A stretch of DNA of 64,000 nucleotides from Octopus vulgaris (lineage: Eukaryota), in NCBI GenBank assembly GCA_951406725.2, contig OX597839.1, forward strand, positions 37,634,001-37,698,000. The letters run 5' to 3'. Shown piece by piece: positions 1-13,864 of this stretch (position 1 is the first letter of the stretch; each line of letters starts with the position of its first letter). Below the pieces are notes generated by a model that was not told the DNA's origin, searched no databases, and was given only the letters and a program-made list of their open reading frames with translations. A program made the translations under genes and the position numbers.

Positions 1-269
1 TTAGTGTTCAGATTATTCAATCAAACATAATGCTTATTGATTCCCATTGATTTGAATTAATCATGCATTATCTCATATCTTCAAGATCTTAATGATGTAA
101 TTACTTAATGTAGAATAACATTGTAGGGTAGGTGTGAGGGCCTGGATCTGGTCAGTTTGAACATAAAACAGATTAACTATTTTGGCCGGATATGGCCGGT
201 TTAAATACTAAAGGGTTAAGGGGAGGAGGTATGATGTTATCGTCTTTGCTTTCTCTCTTTTTATATGTA

Positions 270-596
270 TCATCATCATCATCATCATCGTTTGATGTCT
301 GCTTTCCATGCTAGCATGGGTTGGACGATTTTGACTGAGGGCTGGCGAACCAGATGGCTGCACCAGGCCCCAATCTTGATCTGGCAGAGCTTCTACAGCT
401 GGATGCCCTTCCAACCACTTCAAGAGTGTAGTGGGTGCTTTTTACCTGCCACCGGCACGGGGCCAGTCAGGTGGTACTGGCAACGACCTCGCTCAATTCT
501 TTTTACACATGCCACTGACACAGGTGCCAGTAAGGTGACGCTGGTAACGATCACACTCGAATGGTGCCTTTTACGTGCCACTGGCACAGAAGCTGG
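270..596 (-). mobile_element. (GAT)n-tailed SINE-like retroelement, family D
   Basis: (CAT)n followed by cgtttgatgtctgctttccatgctagcatgggttggacg...ctacagctggatgccctt; recurs at about 8327, 14570, 24378, 44720 and 45345. Confidence 0.7.
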
Positions 597-1060
597 TATA
601 TATGTATATGTCGTATGTCTGGCTCAAACAGTTTCATTTGTATCATTATCTCCACATCTTCTCACTTGGATTCCCCTTACAGTGATTCTTTACCCCATAG
701 ACTTAGTTCCCACTGCAGATTTTGGATTGTAAGTTCAAATCATTTCAGCGCTATTAAGTGTTTTCTATATCGAGCATCTCTGGATTTCATCTGTTGACTC
801 TGTATGTGTGTATGTATGTATGTGTGTATATATATATAAATATATATAAATAGATGAGTGTATTTTTCCCTTGTTAACAATTAACATGGAAAAAATAGAT
901 AAATAGTTACCAGGGTAGCAAAAAATCACACAAGTAAAGAGGTTGTAGCTCCTTGTTTTTAAAGGTAGAAACTTTGGGTTTACGTGGAATAATGTCAGTG
1001 AAATCTTCAAAACATGTGTCGTAAGTAAAAGTATTTGAATTATACCTGCGTTAAACTCCA

Positions 1061-1107
<47 letters not shown>

Positions 1108-1260
1108 AGAGAGAGAAAGGTTATGAGAGGTAATGGTGTGAATAAGACTCAAAGTTGTCAGGTAATGCTGAGTAAGTGCTATGGACAGACCATAGTTAAG
1201 CTCCAGGTTCGGTGATTATGTGAATAAGAAGTCCAACATAGGTCATATATCAGCATGTGT

Positions 1261-1410
1261 ATATATATAAAAAAAATTTTTTTCAGAATGAGCTAAAAAA
1301 CCAAGGCTGTGAAGATTTTAGAACATTTATAAATATTTATAAATGTTCTAAAATCTTCACAGCCCTGGTTTTTTTTTTTATCTCATTCTGAAAAAAAATT
1401 TTCATATATA
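1261..1410. repeat. Near-perfect palindrome (foldback) in a (TA)n context
   Basis: GGCTGTGAAGATTTTAGAACATTTATAAAT is followed directly by its exact reverse complement, centred at 1334/1335; the outer arms are imperfect. Confidence 0.9.
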
Positions 1411-1412
1411 TA

Positions 1413-2067
1413 CTAGCATTATGACCCGTCTTTGCCGGGTCATAGTGCTAGTGCATGTATATATGTGTATATATATATATGTGTACATATTACATGTACA
1501 TCTATATATATACATCTACACATAAAATACAAAATACAAAGTTATATCTTCATATCGCTAGTGATAATAATACTGAAAATATATAACAGACTGGAATTGT
1601 AGGACTATTCCATTTCTGCATGCTAATTTTATTTTTAATTTATTCCCATTCATGTAAAACCACTTATTCAAGTTCAAATCCTTGATGCAATTTTATACCA
1701 ATTGCTATTTTTACTTTTGTTATATTACGATTATATTATACTTTAGTTTGATTTTAATTATTACTTACAACATATAATTCAATTGTTATTATTATTATTA
1801 TTATTGTTAAAGTGAAAGTATCTGACATAAAATAGAGAAATGTTTTTGTTTCACTTTTAACACGTAATACTGAAATAGTGGAGAAGATATGATATTGCTA
1901 TGGGCTCGCCCTAGGCAAGAAGTTGAACATTTTTTTTTTGCCGATGATATTCCCCAGACCCTAAGTAAGGCATGTGTAAATTTTGAATGAAATTGGTTGT
2001 GTAGTTCTCAAGTTTTAGGGAAACACAGACAGACAGATACACATTCTCAGTTTTATATATATAAAGA
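1413..2067 (-). mobile_element. Non-autonomous Helitron
   Basis: On the minus strand it starts A|TCTTTATATATATAAAACTGAG and ends with a hairpin (gacccg...cgggtc) plus CTAG|T; no TSD. Confidence 0.7.
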
Positions 2068-2492
2068 TAAAGATGAACAATATGAGAGACCACTAGGTGG
2101 ACCCCTTGTATGCTAAAAATAGATGTCAAACTGTCATACCACTTAATCTGTGTTCTCAGCTTAGTAAGACACTAGATGTTTATGAGCTAGACAAATGAAA
2201 AGAAATAAACACAGCACTTAATTCCATCCCTAAAGGTTTCGACAGGAATGATTCTGTAATTGTCTGTGTCTCCTCTGTGAAATCAGTGCCGACACAACAA
2301 TGGAACTGGACACCACCCGTCTCCGTGAAAGGATACGATTGTATAGAGTTAGCATAGAAGGGATTCATATAGTGCTCTCTCATATTGTCTATGTTTAAAC
2401 AGAATTCATGGTCCTCAGACGTTTTTAAGTATGCTGACCACTAGTTGAAATTGATATTATTTAATGATATTAATTTCTACTCTTCTCTCTCC

Positions 2493-2576
<84 letters not shown>

Positions 2577-2647
2577 ATAAGAAAATGGAGGAGAGCAATA
2601 GTGGTTCATCAACTTTTAGACATTATTTTATGTTAACTTATTTGTTT

Positions 2648-2796
2648 ATAATAATGATAATAATAATAGTAATAATAATAATAATAATAATAGCAATAAT
2701 AATAATAATAATAATAGCAATAATAATAATAATAGCAATAATAATAATAATAGCAATAATAATAATAATAATAGTCGCAATAATAATAATAGTAGC

Positions 2797-2833
<37 letters not shown>

Positions 2834-2852
2834 GTAGCAATAATAATAATAA
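2648..2852. repeat. (TAA)n/(TAG/CAA) trinucleotide microsatellite
   Basis: Seen directly in sequence. Confidence 0.95.
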
Positions 2853-3911
2853 TTTCTGTTATTGTCAATATGTGTGTCAATAATAATAATAAGAACAATA
2901 ATGATTGTTGTTGTTGTAATAGTTATGATTTTGAATTAAGTGGTCCCTATTTTAATGACAGTAAGGAGTTTGTTATGGGGATATTTAATTGTCATATTAA
3001 GGTCAAGTGGCTGTGGTGAAACTTCCTTATTACCTCTGCCACTTATAGTAACCCTAAAGCAGTACCAGGCAGTGGTTCTCATGGCTTCTGATCTTAACTG
3101 ACTGGAAGTGTTATCATGTAACATTGTTTTGTCTTGGTATTAAAAGATGGGCTACAGCAAATATTCTGCTCAATACCACAGATTTGCTTGTCAGTTGTTT
3201 GGCCGTAACCAGTTGAGCATGTCCCTTAGTGGCTGATGATATGTGCATCTCTGACCACGAGCAGAAGTAGTGAGGGAGCATCATAGCCATGTGAGGAGAG
3301 GAATTCTTTGGGGTGTGGATAATTCACCTTTGGAAACATGGGTGTTTCGTTCAACATCCTTAAACAACCCTTATTCAGGGACCTTTTGAGTAGGATGGAT
3401 TACTCAACCAGAAGAAAATTCTAACTGGGCCTTCACCTGTTTATCTTGATATGGGATCACCATGTCGCGCACATATGGTTGTGATGCATATGTCTGGTGT
3501 GCCCTTGTCAGACGGGTAGTCATGATGGGTATACTGAGTTTCTTATATTTTACCCCAGTGTCACTTTGCTGGCATGCACTGCTCTCTCATTCAAATATAA
3601 TAATAATAATCCTTTCTTTATTGGCCACAAGGGCCAAAATTTGTGGGGAGGAGACTAGTCGATTAGATCGACCCCAGTGTGTCACTGATGCTTCATTTAT
3701 CAACCCTGAAAGGATGAAAGGCAAAATTGACCTTGGTGGAAAATACCACTAAGCATTCCGTCCAGCATGCTAATGATTCTGCCAGCTTGCCACCTTAATA
3801 ATAATAATAATAATAATAATAATATTTTACCCCAGTGTCACTTTGATGGCATGCACTGTTCTCTCACTTAATAATAATAATAATAATAGTTGTTGTTGTT
3901 GTTGTAATAGT

Positions 3912-4297
3912 GTGGAGGCGCAATGGCCCAGTGGTTAGGGCAGCGGACTCGCGGTCATAGGATCGCAGTTTCGATTCCCAGACCGGGTGTTGTGAGTGTT
4001 TATTGAGCGAAAACACCCAAAGCTCCACGAGGCTCCGGCAGGGGATGTTGGTGATCCCTGCTGTACTCTTTCACCACAACTTTCTCTCACTCTTACTTCC
4101 TGTTTCTGTTGTACCTGTATTTCAAAGGGCCGGCCTTGTCACTCTCTGTGTCACGCTGAATATCCCCGAGAACTACATTAAGGGTACACGTGTCTGTGGA
4201 GTATTCAGCCCACTTGCACATTAATTTCACGAGCAGGCTGTTCCGTTGATTCGGATCAACCGGAACCCTCGTCGTCGTAACCGATGGAGTGCTTCCA
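3912..4297 (+). mobile_element. tRNA-derived SINE, family C, full length with TSD
   Basis: tRNA-like head (tggcccagtggttagg...gtttcgattcc); 12-bp TSD tgttgtaatagt at 3900-3911 and 4298-4309; second copy at 39768. Confidence 0.85.
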
Positions 4298-5152
4298 TGT
4301 TGTAATAGTTATGATTTTGGTAAGTGAGCTGCTTCAGACACTGATAGAGATATCAATGTGTTTTCAAACTTTGCTTCCATTGACTGTTTGAATGTAGTAC
4401 ATAAATAATTACCCCATGTATAATGAGTTAATTATCTCCACATGATACGTCCATTAGTCACCTCACTTATAAAGAGTAAATTATCTCCATGTTATTTTAA
4501 ATTATATCCATTAACCACCCTCCATGTAATACATCTACTAGGGTACAATTAATTACCTTCACACAACAGATCCATTTGTATATGACTAATTACCCTCCAT
4601 GTGATAATTAATATATGGCTATATTAATATATATAGTTCATTGCTTTTATGTAAATATGTCAATTAGTGGAGGACGTGAAAGATATTTGAGGCTGTATTT
4701 GGGAATTTAGTTCTTAAGTATTCAAATTATTCTCTGTCAAGTGCTTTGCTTATTTATTTATATTGTTTTGAATTAATCATGATTTCAATGATGTGATTGT
4801 GGGACGCCAGATCTGGCTGGTCTGAACATAGGATGGGTAAAATGTTTGGGCTGAATAGGGCCAGGTTAACTCTTTAGCATTCAGATTACTCTGTCAAATC
4901 CCATCTTTATTTATTTACGTTGTTTTGAATTAATCAAGGATTATCTCATAGTTTCGAGATTTCAATGATGTGACAGTTTATTTTTAGAGTGACAGTGTTG
5001 GGTAGGTGTGAAAGGCTGGATCTGACTTGTTTGAATGTGAAAACAAGTAAAGCATTTGGGCCTGATATAACCAGTTTAATTGCTTAAGTGGTGATAAAAC
5101 AACTCTAATCGCATAAAAAACAAATGTATTTTAATAAAAAATTGTGCATAAA

Positions 5153-5309
5153 AGTGGCTGTGTGGTAAGTAGCTTGCTTACGAACTACATAGTTCCGGGT
5201 TCAGTCCCACTGCGTAGCACCTTGGGCAAATGTCTTCTGCTATTGCCTCGGGCCAACCAAAGCCTTGTGAGTGGATTTGGTAGACGGAAACTGAAAGAAG
5301 CCCGTCGTA

Positions 5310-5361
<52 letters not shown>

Positions 5362-5580
5362 TGTGTGTCTGTGTTTGTCCCCCCAACATCGCTTGACAAT
5401 CGATGCTGGTGTGTTTATGTCCCCATAACTTAATGGTTCAGCAAAAGAGACCGATAGAATAAGTACTAGGCTTACAAAGAATAAGCCCTGGGGTTGATTT
5501 GCTCGACTAAAGGCGGTGCTCCAGCATGGCCACAGTCAAATGACTGAAACGAGTAAAGGAGTAAAAAGGAGAAAGAGTAA
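5153..5580 (+). mobile_element. tRNA-derived SINE, family A
   Basis: gtggctgtgtggtaag...gggttcagtccc head, internal (TA)n, (gtaaaaga)n tail; more than 12 copies in the window. Confidence 0.85.
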
Positions 5581-6254
5581 TTCAATAAGCTTTCTTATAT
5601 AACTATTCTATGAATCCACCTTTGGCTTTCATAACTTCTTCAATGCAACACTGGAATCTTTGACATACCTGCACTAAATAGTCCCCCATTCATTTTCACC
5701 TGGATATTGACAGGCTTCAGTGAAGCTATGGCATTGTGAGGCTGTTGATTTGTCTCCCTTTCATGAATGCTCCAGACATAGTTGTCATCAGATCCAACCA
5801 TTTAGCATTTAAACTGGCCATACCCAACCCAAATATTCTACCTGTTTTATGTTCAAAATGGCCAAGTCCAGCCTCTCACACCTAGCCTACAATGTCTTTC
5901 TGAAAACAAACAATTGCATCATCATGATTAATTCAAAACAATACAACCACACAAGCATCATATTTGACAGAGTAATCTAAATGGTGTTAAAGGTTTAAAT
6001 TTGCTAAGAAGGCACAGATGTGATGTTATATTGTTGTAAAGATTGTCTGACATCTATTCTTGGGTTATGTTGGCCCTGTGAGAAAGGTTCATGCCCTTCC
6101 ATTGTGTACTTCACCCCTCTGGGATTTAAGAACTCTCTCCAGCACTTCAGTGGGTCCAGCAGCATTTATTTCTTAAGATCCTGTGGAAAGACATGAGAAA
6201 ATCTGGGAGCATCAGGAAGATCTTCACATAACCCTCTATCATTTCTCTTGTTTG

Positions 6255-6430
6255 TCAGGAAGCCATCTACTCACAATACCAGAGGGCGCACACTCTCCTA
6301 CCCTGATGTAATCTCCAGGGATACCGGCATCCAGCTACAGGACCTCCGTAATGCTATGATGGACAGTGAAGTCTGGCGTAGCATGGTAAATTCCATTGTC
6401 TCGACCACGGTTGAACAATGATGATGATGA
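6255..6430 (+). mobile_element. RTE-type LINE 3' end fragment
   Basis: TRGRTLSYPDVISRDTGIQLQDLRNAMMDSEVWRSMV, then a (GAT)n tail. Confidence 0.6.
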
Positions 6431-6818
6431 CGAAGGGTTTTTAACCTTTTTAAGTGACTGCTTAACATAGATCCAACAGTTTTCCTGCATCTTTCCAGAC
6501 ATGGCCTCCTCTCAGAACATACTTGTGCTCCACAGTTCTGATGGTCCACTCAGACACCTTAAGTTCTGAGTTCAAATTCCGCCGAGGTCGACTTTGCCTT
6601 TCATCCTTTCGGAGGATCGATAAATCAAGTACCTGGGGGTCGATGTAATCGACTTAATCCCTTTGTCTGTCCTTGTTTGTCCCCTTCTATGTTTAGCCCC
6701 TTGTGGGCAATAAAGAAATAAGGACGGATTATTATTCATGTAATGATTCTCCCTAGACACAACAAAATGTGTGTGTGCGCACGTGTGTGTGTGTGTGCGC
6801 GCGTGCATGTATGTGTGT

Positions 6819-6854
<36 letters not shown>

Positions 6855-7204
6855 ATAGAGTATTCTGCAGCCATAACATACAAGAATATATTTTTACACT
6901 TGTATCATTGTGAGAGGAAGCTTAAACAGAAGAGTTGAATGTTAAATCAACAGCGGGACGGAGAGAGAGAGAGAGAGAGAGAGAGGTACAGAGATAACAT
7001 CTATCTGCCTGTCTCTCCCTGTTTCTGTCTCCCAGCCCATCCCTCCCCCCCTCTTGGCTGCTATATCTATCATACAGGCCCCCTTATTTACACACATAAC
7101 ATGTTAATCTGTGTCAGTCAGGAAATACACATTATTAAAACATAATGATAATGAAGCACTAACGAGGCCTGGTTTGTGCGGTGGCGAGCATATGTCAATA
7201 CATA

Positions 7205-7785
7205 TGTACATGTGTGTGTGTGTACGTGTGTGTACATACAAGTGTGTGTGTGTACATGTGTGTGTGTGTGTACATGTGTGTGTACATGTGTGTGTGTACA
7301 TGTATGTGTGTGTGTGTACAAGTGTGTGCGTACATGTGTGTGTGCATGTGTATGTGTGTGTGTATACATGTATGTGTGTGCGTGTGTACATGTGTGTGTG
7401 TACGTGTGTGTGTGTGTACATGTGTGTGTGTGTACATGTGTATGTGTGTGTGTGTACATGTATGTGTGTGTGTGTGTACATGTGTGTGTGGGTACATGTG
7501 TGTGTGTGTACATGTATGTGTGTGTGTGTACATGTATGTGTGTGTGTGTACAAGTGTGTGCGTACATGTGTGTGTACATGTATGTGTGTGTGTATACATG
7601 TATGTGTGTGCGTGTGTACATGTGTGTGTGTACGTGTGTGTGTGTACATGTGTGTGTGTGTACATGTGTATGTGTGTGTGTGTACATGTATGTGTGTGTG
7701 TGTGTGTACATGTGTGTGTGGGTACATGTGTGTGTGTGTACATGTATGTGTGTGTGTACATGTGTGTGTGTGTACATGTGTGTGT
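7205..7785. repeat. Complex (TG)n/TACATG microsatellite-minisatellite
   Basis: Seen directly; source of the spurious VC/HT ORFs. Confidence 0.95.
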
Positions 7786-8326
7786 TGTAATTTGTGAGTG
7801 TGCATTGCATCTGTTTGTCTTGTGTGGTAACTACAGTGTTTGTGTGTGTGTGTGTTTTCCTGTGTAGTGCTTACAAGGGAGGAAGTGTCTGTGAGTTTCT
7901 GTGGTGGGGTTTGTGTGTGTGTATATGTAATTATTTGTATGTTCGTATGTATGTATGCATATATGTACATGTATGGTGTATGTGTGTGTGTGGGTAAATA
8001 TTACCCTCTGCAGCCTCATTAAAACTCAAGTAGTCGAGTACATTTTAATGAAAGACTCCTACTGACCAACATAACATAATACACTGGCCACAAGTGTTGG
8101 TCACACTAAATATACACTTACGCACACACATATATGTAAGTATATACACACACACACACACACTCTACACATTCATTGACTCATATACACACATCACATA
8201 ATTTACACATTGCGTTATACACACACATCTAATATAACATATACAGGTCATACTTTATATACTCATAACATTCCATATAGCAGAATGTGCGTATGTGTGT
8301 GTGTGTATGTATATATATATATATGT

Positions 8327-8577
8327 ATCATCATCATCATCATCGTCGTTTAATGTCCGTTTTCCATGCTGGCATGGGTCGAATGGTTCGACTGGGGTCT
8401 GGGAAGCCAGGAGGCTGGACCAGGCTCCAGTCTGATCTGGTAGTGTTTCTACAGGTGGATGCTCTTCTTAATGCCAACCACTCCGAGAGTGTAGTGGGTG
8501 CCTTTTTATGTGCCTCTGGCACAGGGGCCGGACGGAGCTGGCATCAACCATGATCAGATGGTGCTTTTTACGTGCCA

Positions 8578-8622
<45 letters not shown>

Positions 8623-8987
8623 TATATACACATTCCAACACCGCCTCGACTGGCTTCCGTTTTGGTGGCACGTAAAAAGCACCATCCGAATCGTGGCCGA
8701 AGCCAGTGCCGCCTCGACTGGCTTCCGTACTGGTGGCACGTAAAATGCACCAATCCGACCGTGGCCGATGCCAGCCTCGCCTGGCACCAGTGCAGGTGGC
8801 ACGTAAAAAGCACCCACTACACTCACGGAGTGGTTGGCGTTAGGAAGGGCATCCAGCTGTAGAAACATTGCCAGATAAGACCGGAGCCTGGTGCAGCCTT
8901 CTGGCTTCCCAGACCCCAATCGAACCGTCCAACCCATGCTAGCATGGAGAACGGACGTTAAACGATGATGATGATGATGATGATGAC
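8327..8987. mobile_element. Two family-D elements in opposite orientation around a (TA)n spacer
   Basis: Left copy starts with (CAT)n; right copy ends with (GAT)n; about 200 bp of mutual reverse complementarity. Confidence 0.8.
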
Positions 8988-9366
8988 ATATAAAATTAAG
9001 AGGAATGACCACTAAAGTGGACACCTAATATGCTAAACATAGATGTCAAATCGCCATTACCATGAAGAGTGTGTTCTCAAGAAAAACATGTATGTTTAGA
9101 ATATTAGGTGTCCACTTTAGTGGCCATTCCTCTTAATTTTGTATGTAACACAATTTTTAATCTTCAGATTTTTAAATATGCTAACCCACTGGTTTTAATT
9201 GATTATTTAATTTATATATATATATATAATTCCACACTGCTTGAAACCCTGGAATTCCCTAACCAGGGCCTCACTACCTGATGCAGTTTAAAGTTATGCC
9301 CAGGACATTACACTCTACTATAGGTGAAACCATGCTACACAACACACTACAGCACATATAGTACCT

Positions 9367-9814
9367 ATTTCTTTACTACCCACAAGGGGCTAAACACAGA
9401 GAGGACAAACAAGGACAGACAAACGGATTAAGTCGATTACATCGACCCCACTGCGTAACTGGTACTTATTTAATCGACCCCGAAAGGATGAAAGGCAAAG
9501 TCGACCTCGGCGGAATTTGAACTTAGAACGTAGCAGCAGACAAAATACCGCTAAGTATTTTGCTTGGTGTGCTAACGTTTCTTATTTCTTTATTGCCCAC
9601 AAGGGGCTAAACATAGAAGGGACAATCAAGGACAGACAAAGGGGTTAAGTCGATTAGATCGACCCCAGTGCGTAACTGGTACTTAATTTATCGACCCCGA
9701 AAGGATGAAAGGCAAAGTCGACCTCGTCGGAATTTGAACTCACAACGTAACGTCAGACGAAATGCCGCTAAGCATTTCGCCCGGCGCGCTAACGTGTCTG
9801 CCAGCTCGCCGCGC
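9367..9814 (-). mobile_element. Two family-B SINEs (nested or tandem) sharing one TSD
   Basis: Family B is ggcgagctggcaga...gagttcaaattccgccgaggtcgactttgcctttcatcctttcggggtcg... (core resembles Nin-domain SINEs, from memory). TSD catatagtacct at 9355-9366 and 9815-9826. Confidence 0.8.
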
Positions 9815-9867
9815 CATATAGTACCTCACTGCAAGTACCCTAACAAACTTTCACTTTCTATTTCCAG

Positions 9868-9935
9868 GGACCATCCTTCGTGGTAAATCTTTCTATGCTA
9901 TCGAGACCAAACCTTATTGTGAATCTTGTTATGTT
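9868..9935 (+). CDS. LPP: LPP/zyxin-family LIM protein, internal exon (second half of LIM1)
   Basis: tttccag|...|gtgagt; (G)TILRGKSFYAIETKPYCESCYV. Upstream exons not found in the window. Confidence 0.88.
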
Positions 9936-10193
9936 GTGAGTACCACTTATTCCTCTACTGCTGTGTTTCACCTTCACCATTTTTTTCACTGCTCTTTTTC
10001 TGCTGTTGCTCTACCGCTTCTCCTGTTGGTGCTTTCAAGACACAACACATGCTGAGGTACATATATGTGTTGATGGTCACCAGTTTTCATCATTGCTATG
10101 ATATTGGTCTTTAGTCATTTGGACTGTACCCAGACATGGTACCAATCAACTGTCCACGTAACTAAATATGTACCATGTTTACAGTTACAATCT

Positions 10194-10239
<46 letters not shown>

Positions 10240-10837
10240 TTATTTATATTATATATACAGCAGTTCAGCGAGAAAAGACCAATAGCCTTAAGTTAAGCTT
10301 ACACATGAAACTCTCATATTTTGAGTCACTCTGTTGCTTCTGCTAATATTAATACTACACACACACATATATATATATATATTTGTTCTTCCCTCTCAGA
10401 ACCTTACAGTAGTCTGGAACAACTGAATCTTAGTCAGCCAGTTGATGGGTTCCACTACCTCAAATGTTCTTAAAATTTAAATCCACATCTTTGTCTATGT
10501 ATCATGAAAATTTTTGTGTTAATGGAAAACCTCTATAATTGGCTGATGAGTGCTCAGCATTTTAAAACTGTTGTAATACTTACAACATTTAATAAAATGA
10601 TGTAGTAAAAAACGATCGTACCAAATTACCGGAGTCATTCTTGTTACTTATTTTGATTATATATTTATATATATATATGATGAGATGCAGCGCCTATTAG
10701 ACTGCAGATAGGTACCACAATGAGGTATATTCTACTTTGCTGTATATAAATATCACATAGAAGTACAGTCAACCTACCTGTAAAAAGGTACCATGTGATT
10801 GCACAGTATACATAGTTTGCGTGTGTGTGTGTGTGTA

Positions 10838-11050
10838 TCAGGTCTGATCAATAAGTATCTGGACTGTTGCCATAGTAAGGAAGCTAAAGCACACAGAGTG
10901 AAGCCCCTTGGCACAGATTGACCTTGAACTCTTCTGTGCATGCACACAAAGTTTTAACGTTCCAAATCACTTCCGCAGTTTACAGCAGTGCTTGGAAGGA
11001 AGGTGTGTAGCATGTGATCGTCACATTGACCATGACAAAGTTGTCATGGC
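10838..11050 (+). mobile_element. Tc1/mariner-like 5' end fragment
   Basis: Same sequence as the reverse copy at 41845-42632, which leads into a mariner-like N-terminus (EQRICIKF). Confidence 0.55.
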
Positions 11051-11284
11051 GATACCTTCTCAGGGGCCTGTACTAAGTTGCAGAAAGTGTATTCTGTAAT
11101 ATGGCAAAGTGTGATCTTGAGAGGAGATTTGGCTACTATTTTCAGCAGGTTGTATGACCATTTAGAAGTCTTCTTATTGATTTAAGTTCCCAGTAATTAT
11201 TATTGTTGTTGTTGTTGCTACTTCTGGTTTACCTCTCAGTAATAATGTCCTTTATCTGTTCTCTCTCTCTTTCTCTCTCTACAG

Positions 11285-11332
11285 AACACCCTTGAAAAAT
11301 GTTCAGTTTGTTCGAAACCTGTTATTGATCGG
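11285..11332 (+). CDS. LPP: LPP/zyxin-family LIM protein exon (start of LIM2)
   Basis: Polypyrimidine tract, acag|, NTLEKCSVCSKPVIDR, |gtaagt; phase 0/0. Confidence 0.92.
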
Positions 11333-11644
11333 GTAAGTAGAATTATTAGTCTTATTGTTGTTGCTGATATTGTGATGTAGAGACAAGTCAGGCAGGTTGT
11401 CTCCGCATATCTTGCGGGTGCCCCTGATATACAAAGTTCCTAGTCTTATTGTGAAAGGCATGAAACTAGGTATAAGTATTTTTCAGTTGATAACTGATGA
11501 AGTATTAGGGTTCTAGTGTCTGTCTTACATGTACATTTTATAGTATATATATATATATGTATAATATTAGGGAGTATAACTCCAAACTTACAGGGAAAAA
11601 TTCAATTTAGTGTTAAATAAAATTTAACAATATAAATATATAAT

Positions 11645-11850
11645 ATTTATAAATTAGAGAAAAACCACTATTATGTAATTCAAACAATGATAGACATAAA
11701 CCAAATCATATAGAAAAAATAAAATATATGATAAAATATATACCTAGATCACAATGTTTTATAATATTTTATTTTTCTATATGATTTGGTTTATTCTATC
11801 ATTATTTGAATTACATAATAGTGGTTTTCTCTAATTTATAAATATATATA
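11645..11850. repeat. AT-rich foldback element with about 85-bp inverted arms
   Basis: ataaattagagaaaaaccactattatgtaattcaaa...tttgaattacataatagtggttttctctaatttat; related pieces at about 59355-59530 and 62640-62725. Confidence 0.75.
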
Positions 11851-11977
11851 TATAGTCAATAATAAAAGGGTAAAATTAATTAATTATTAATTAATAATTT
11901 TTGTTTCAGTATGTAAAAAGACCATTTATGGTATATACGTTATATAATTAGGGTTCAGTAAATTATTTTACTGAACC

Positions 11978-12033
<56 letters not shown>

Positions 12034-13733
12034 ACTCTCTCATCGTTAGAAAACATATGAGGGTTCGACAATTTCTTATTGAGCAACTACACAGATGATT
12101 TGTTTACAGTGATCAAATATTTGTGTACACAGAAGCTTACTCCTTCCATCAAATCGACATTACCTGTACAGGTTGCAAAGGGGTGCCACATGTCAGATGA
12201 CGAAATGATCGCAGACCAATGTGAAGCGAAGTGCTTTGCTCAAGGACACAACACAACGCCTGGTCTGGGAATTGAACCCACGATCTTGCAATCATGAGTG
12301 CAACACCTTAACCAGTGAACAGGTCGTGGTTTTAAAGCGATGAAAATATTTTGACACAAATTAGATTTAAATGTTGAAGTGAATCTAACGGTTTTTGTGT
12401 GTTTTTAATTGGCTTATAAACACCTTCTACACTGCAATTATTTTTGCTTCAGCACCCGATCTCAGATCAAGTCACTGTAAAATATATATATATATATATA
12501 TATATCCTTTAAGTTTGTTTACAAGAAGGTCCTATATAATAAAGGTCCTATATAATAATGCTGGCTACAGCCTGATAATGGTATCAACAGTCAGTAGCAG
12601 CTTTTAAGGTTGCACCAAGCTGTGCTGATAATATAGGATAAAATATAATAATAATAATAATAGTCCATGTATTATTTGTATAGATATTTCTATGCATTGC
12701 TACGCACATTTCCACAAATTACATGTTTCTTATGATCATAGTCCGTATTCCCTGTACAGTCCTTAGTATCCATGGACATCAGGCGGATCATGGTTCATTG
12801 TGTACATTTCTTCAGGCGATATGGCATTAACGTTAGAAGCAGTGGATGTATAACAGGGGGTTGTTTATTGATTTTGACCAAGGGAAAGGTGGATTGGGGT
12901 ATCTGGGTAGTTCTGTGTGTATTTGGTGGGAAGGAGTAGAAGGTGATGGAAAAAGACGAGATAAAGGAGAGGGAGGTATTTGTGGTGATGTTAGACTTGT
13001 TAGACATGCTCAAAAGCATGCAGGTGGCAGGGTGGGGAGTTTAGTTCAATCCTGGATTAAGTTTTTCATTGAAAAAAAATTTTTTTTTTATTTAACTTTG
13101 TTGTATTTTTAATTAATTTTTCTTTTTCTTCTTCTCTTTCCTCCTCCTCCTCCCAAACACACTTTCACTCCGACCTTTCCTCCCTCTGCCTCTCTTTTCC
13201 CTCTGATTCTTTTCCTCCGTTCTCCTCTCCCCTCTCTCTCTCTTTCTCCTTTAACTCCTCTTCCATCTCCTCTCTCCAACTCTTTCTCCATCTCCTCTCT
13301 CATTTAACTCTTCTCCACCCTCTCTCTTTTACTATTCCTCCTCTACATTTCTCTCTCTCTCTAACTCTTCCTCCTCCACCCCTCTCTTTTAAACTCTTCC
13401 TCCACCCATTTCTCTGCCTCTTTCTCTTTAACTCTTCTCCACCCTCTCTCTTTACTATTCCTCCTCTCCTTTTCTCTCTCTCTAACTCTTCCTCCTCCAC
13501 CCCTCTCTTTTAAACTCTTCCTCCACCCATTTCTCCGCCTCTTTCTCTTTAACTCTTCCCCCCTCCCCTCTCTTGCTTTCACTTTCCACTTTTTTCTCTA
13601 CAATCCTTTTCCTCTCTCCTGCCACCACTCTCCCTCCCTCCCTCCGCCAATTACTTCCCTCCTTCCTTCATTCCTCTCCATCTCCCACCACCACTCCACC
13701 CACCAATACCATCACTACGATCACTGTTTCCAG

Positions 13734-13864
13734 TTGTTGAGAGCCACGGGCAAGCCCTACCATCCTTCCTGTTTCACCTGTGTGGTCTGTGGTAAAAGTC
13801 TTGATGGTGTGCCTTTCACAGTCGATGCTACCAACCAAATTCATTGTATTGATGACTTCCATAA
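13734..13864 (+). CDS. LPP: LPP/zyxin-family LIM protein exon (LIM2)
   Basis: tttccag| [44 protein letters not shown] |gtaagt. Confidence 0.95.

Noticed and set aside
2180-2390. Moderately GC-rich unique patch with a 67-aa minus-strand ORF
   Set aside because: No recognisable domain in the frames I read and no convincing splice sites; it is not the missing LIM1 exon.
3912-3990. tRNA-like sequences (also 15410-15482, 39770, 58850-58918 and family A/B heads)
   Set aside because: SINE heads: the acceptor stems do not pair and the sequence continues into a repeat body with TSDs.
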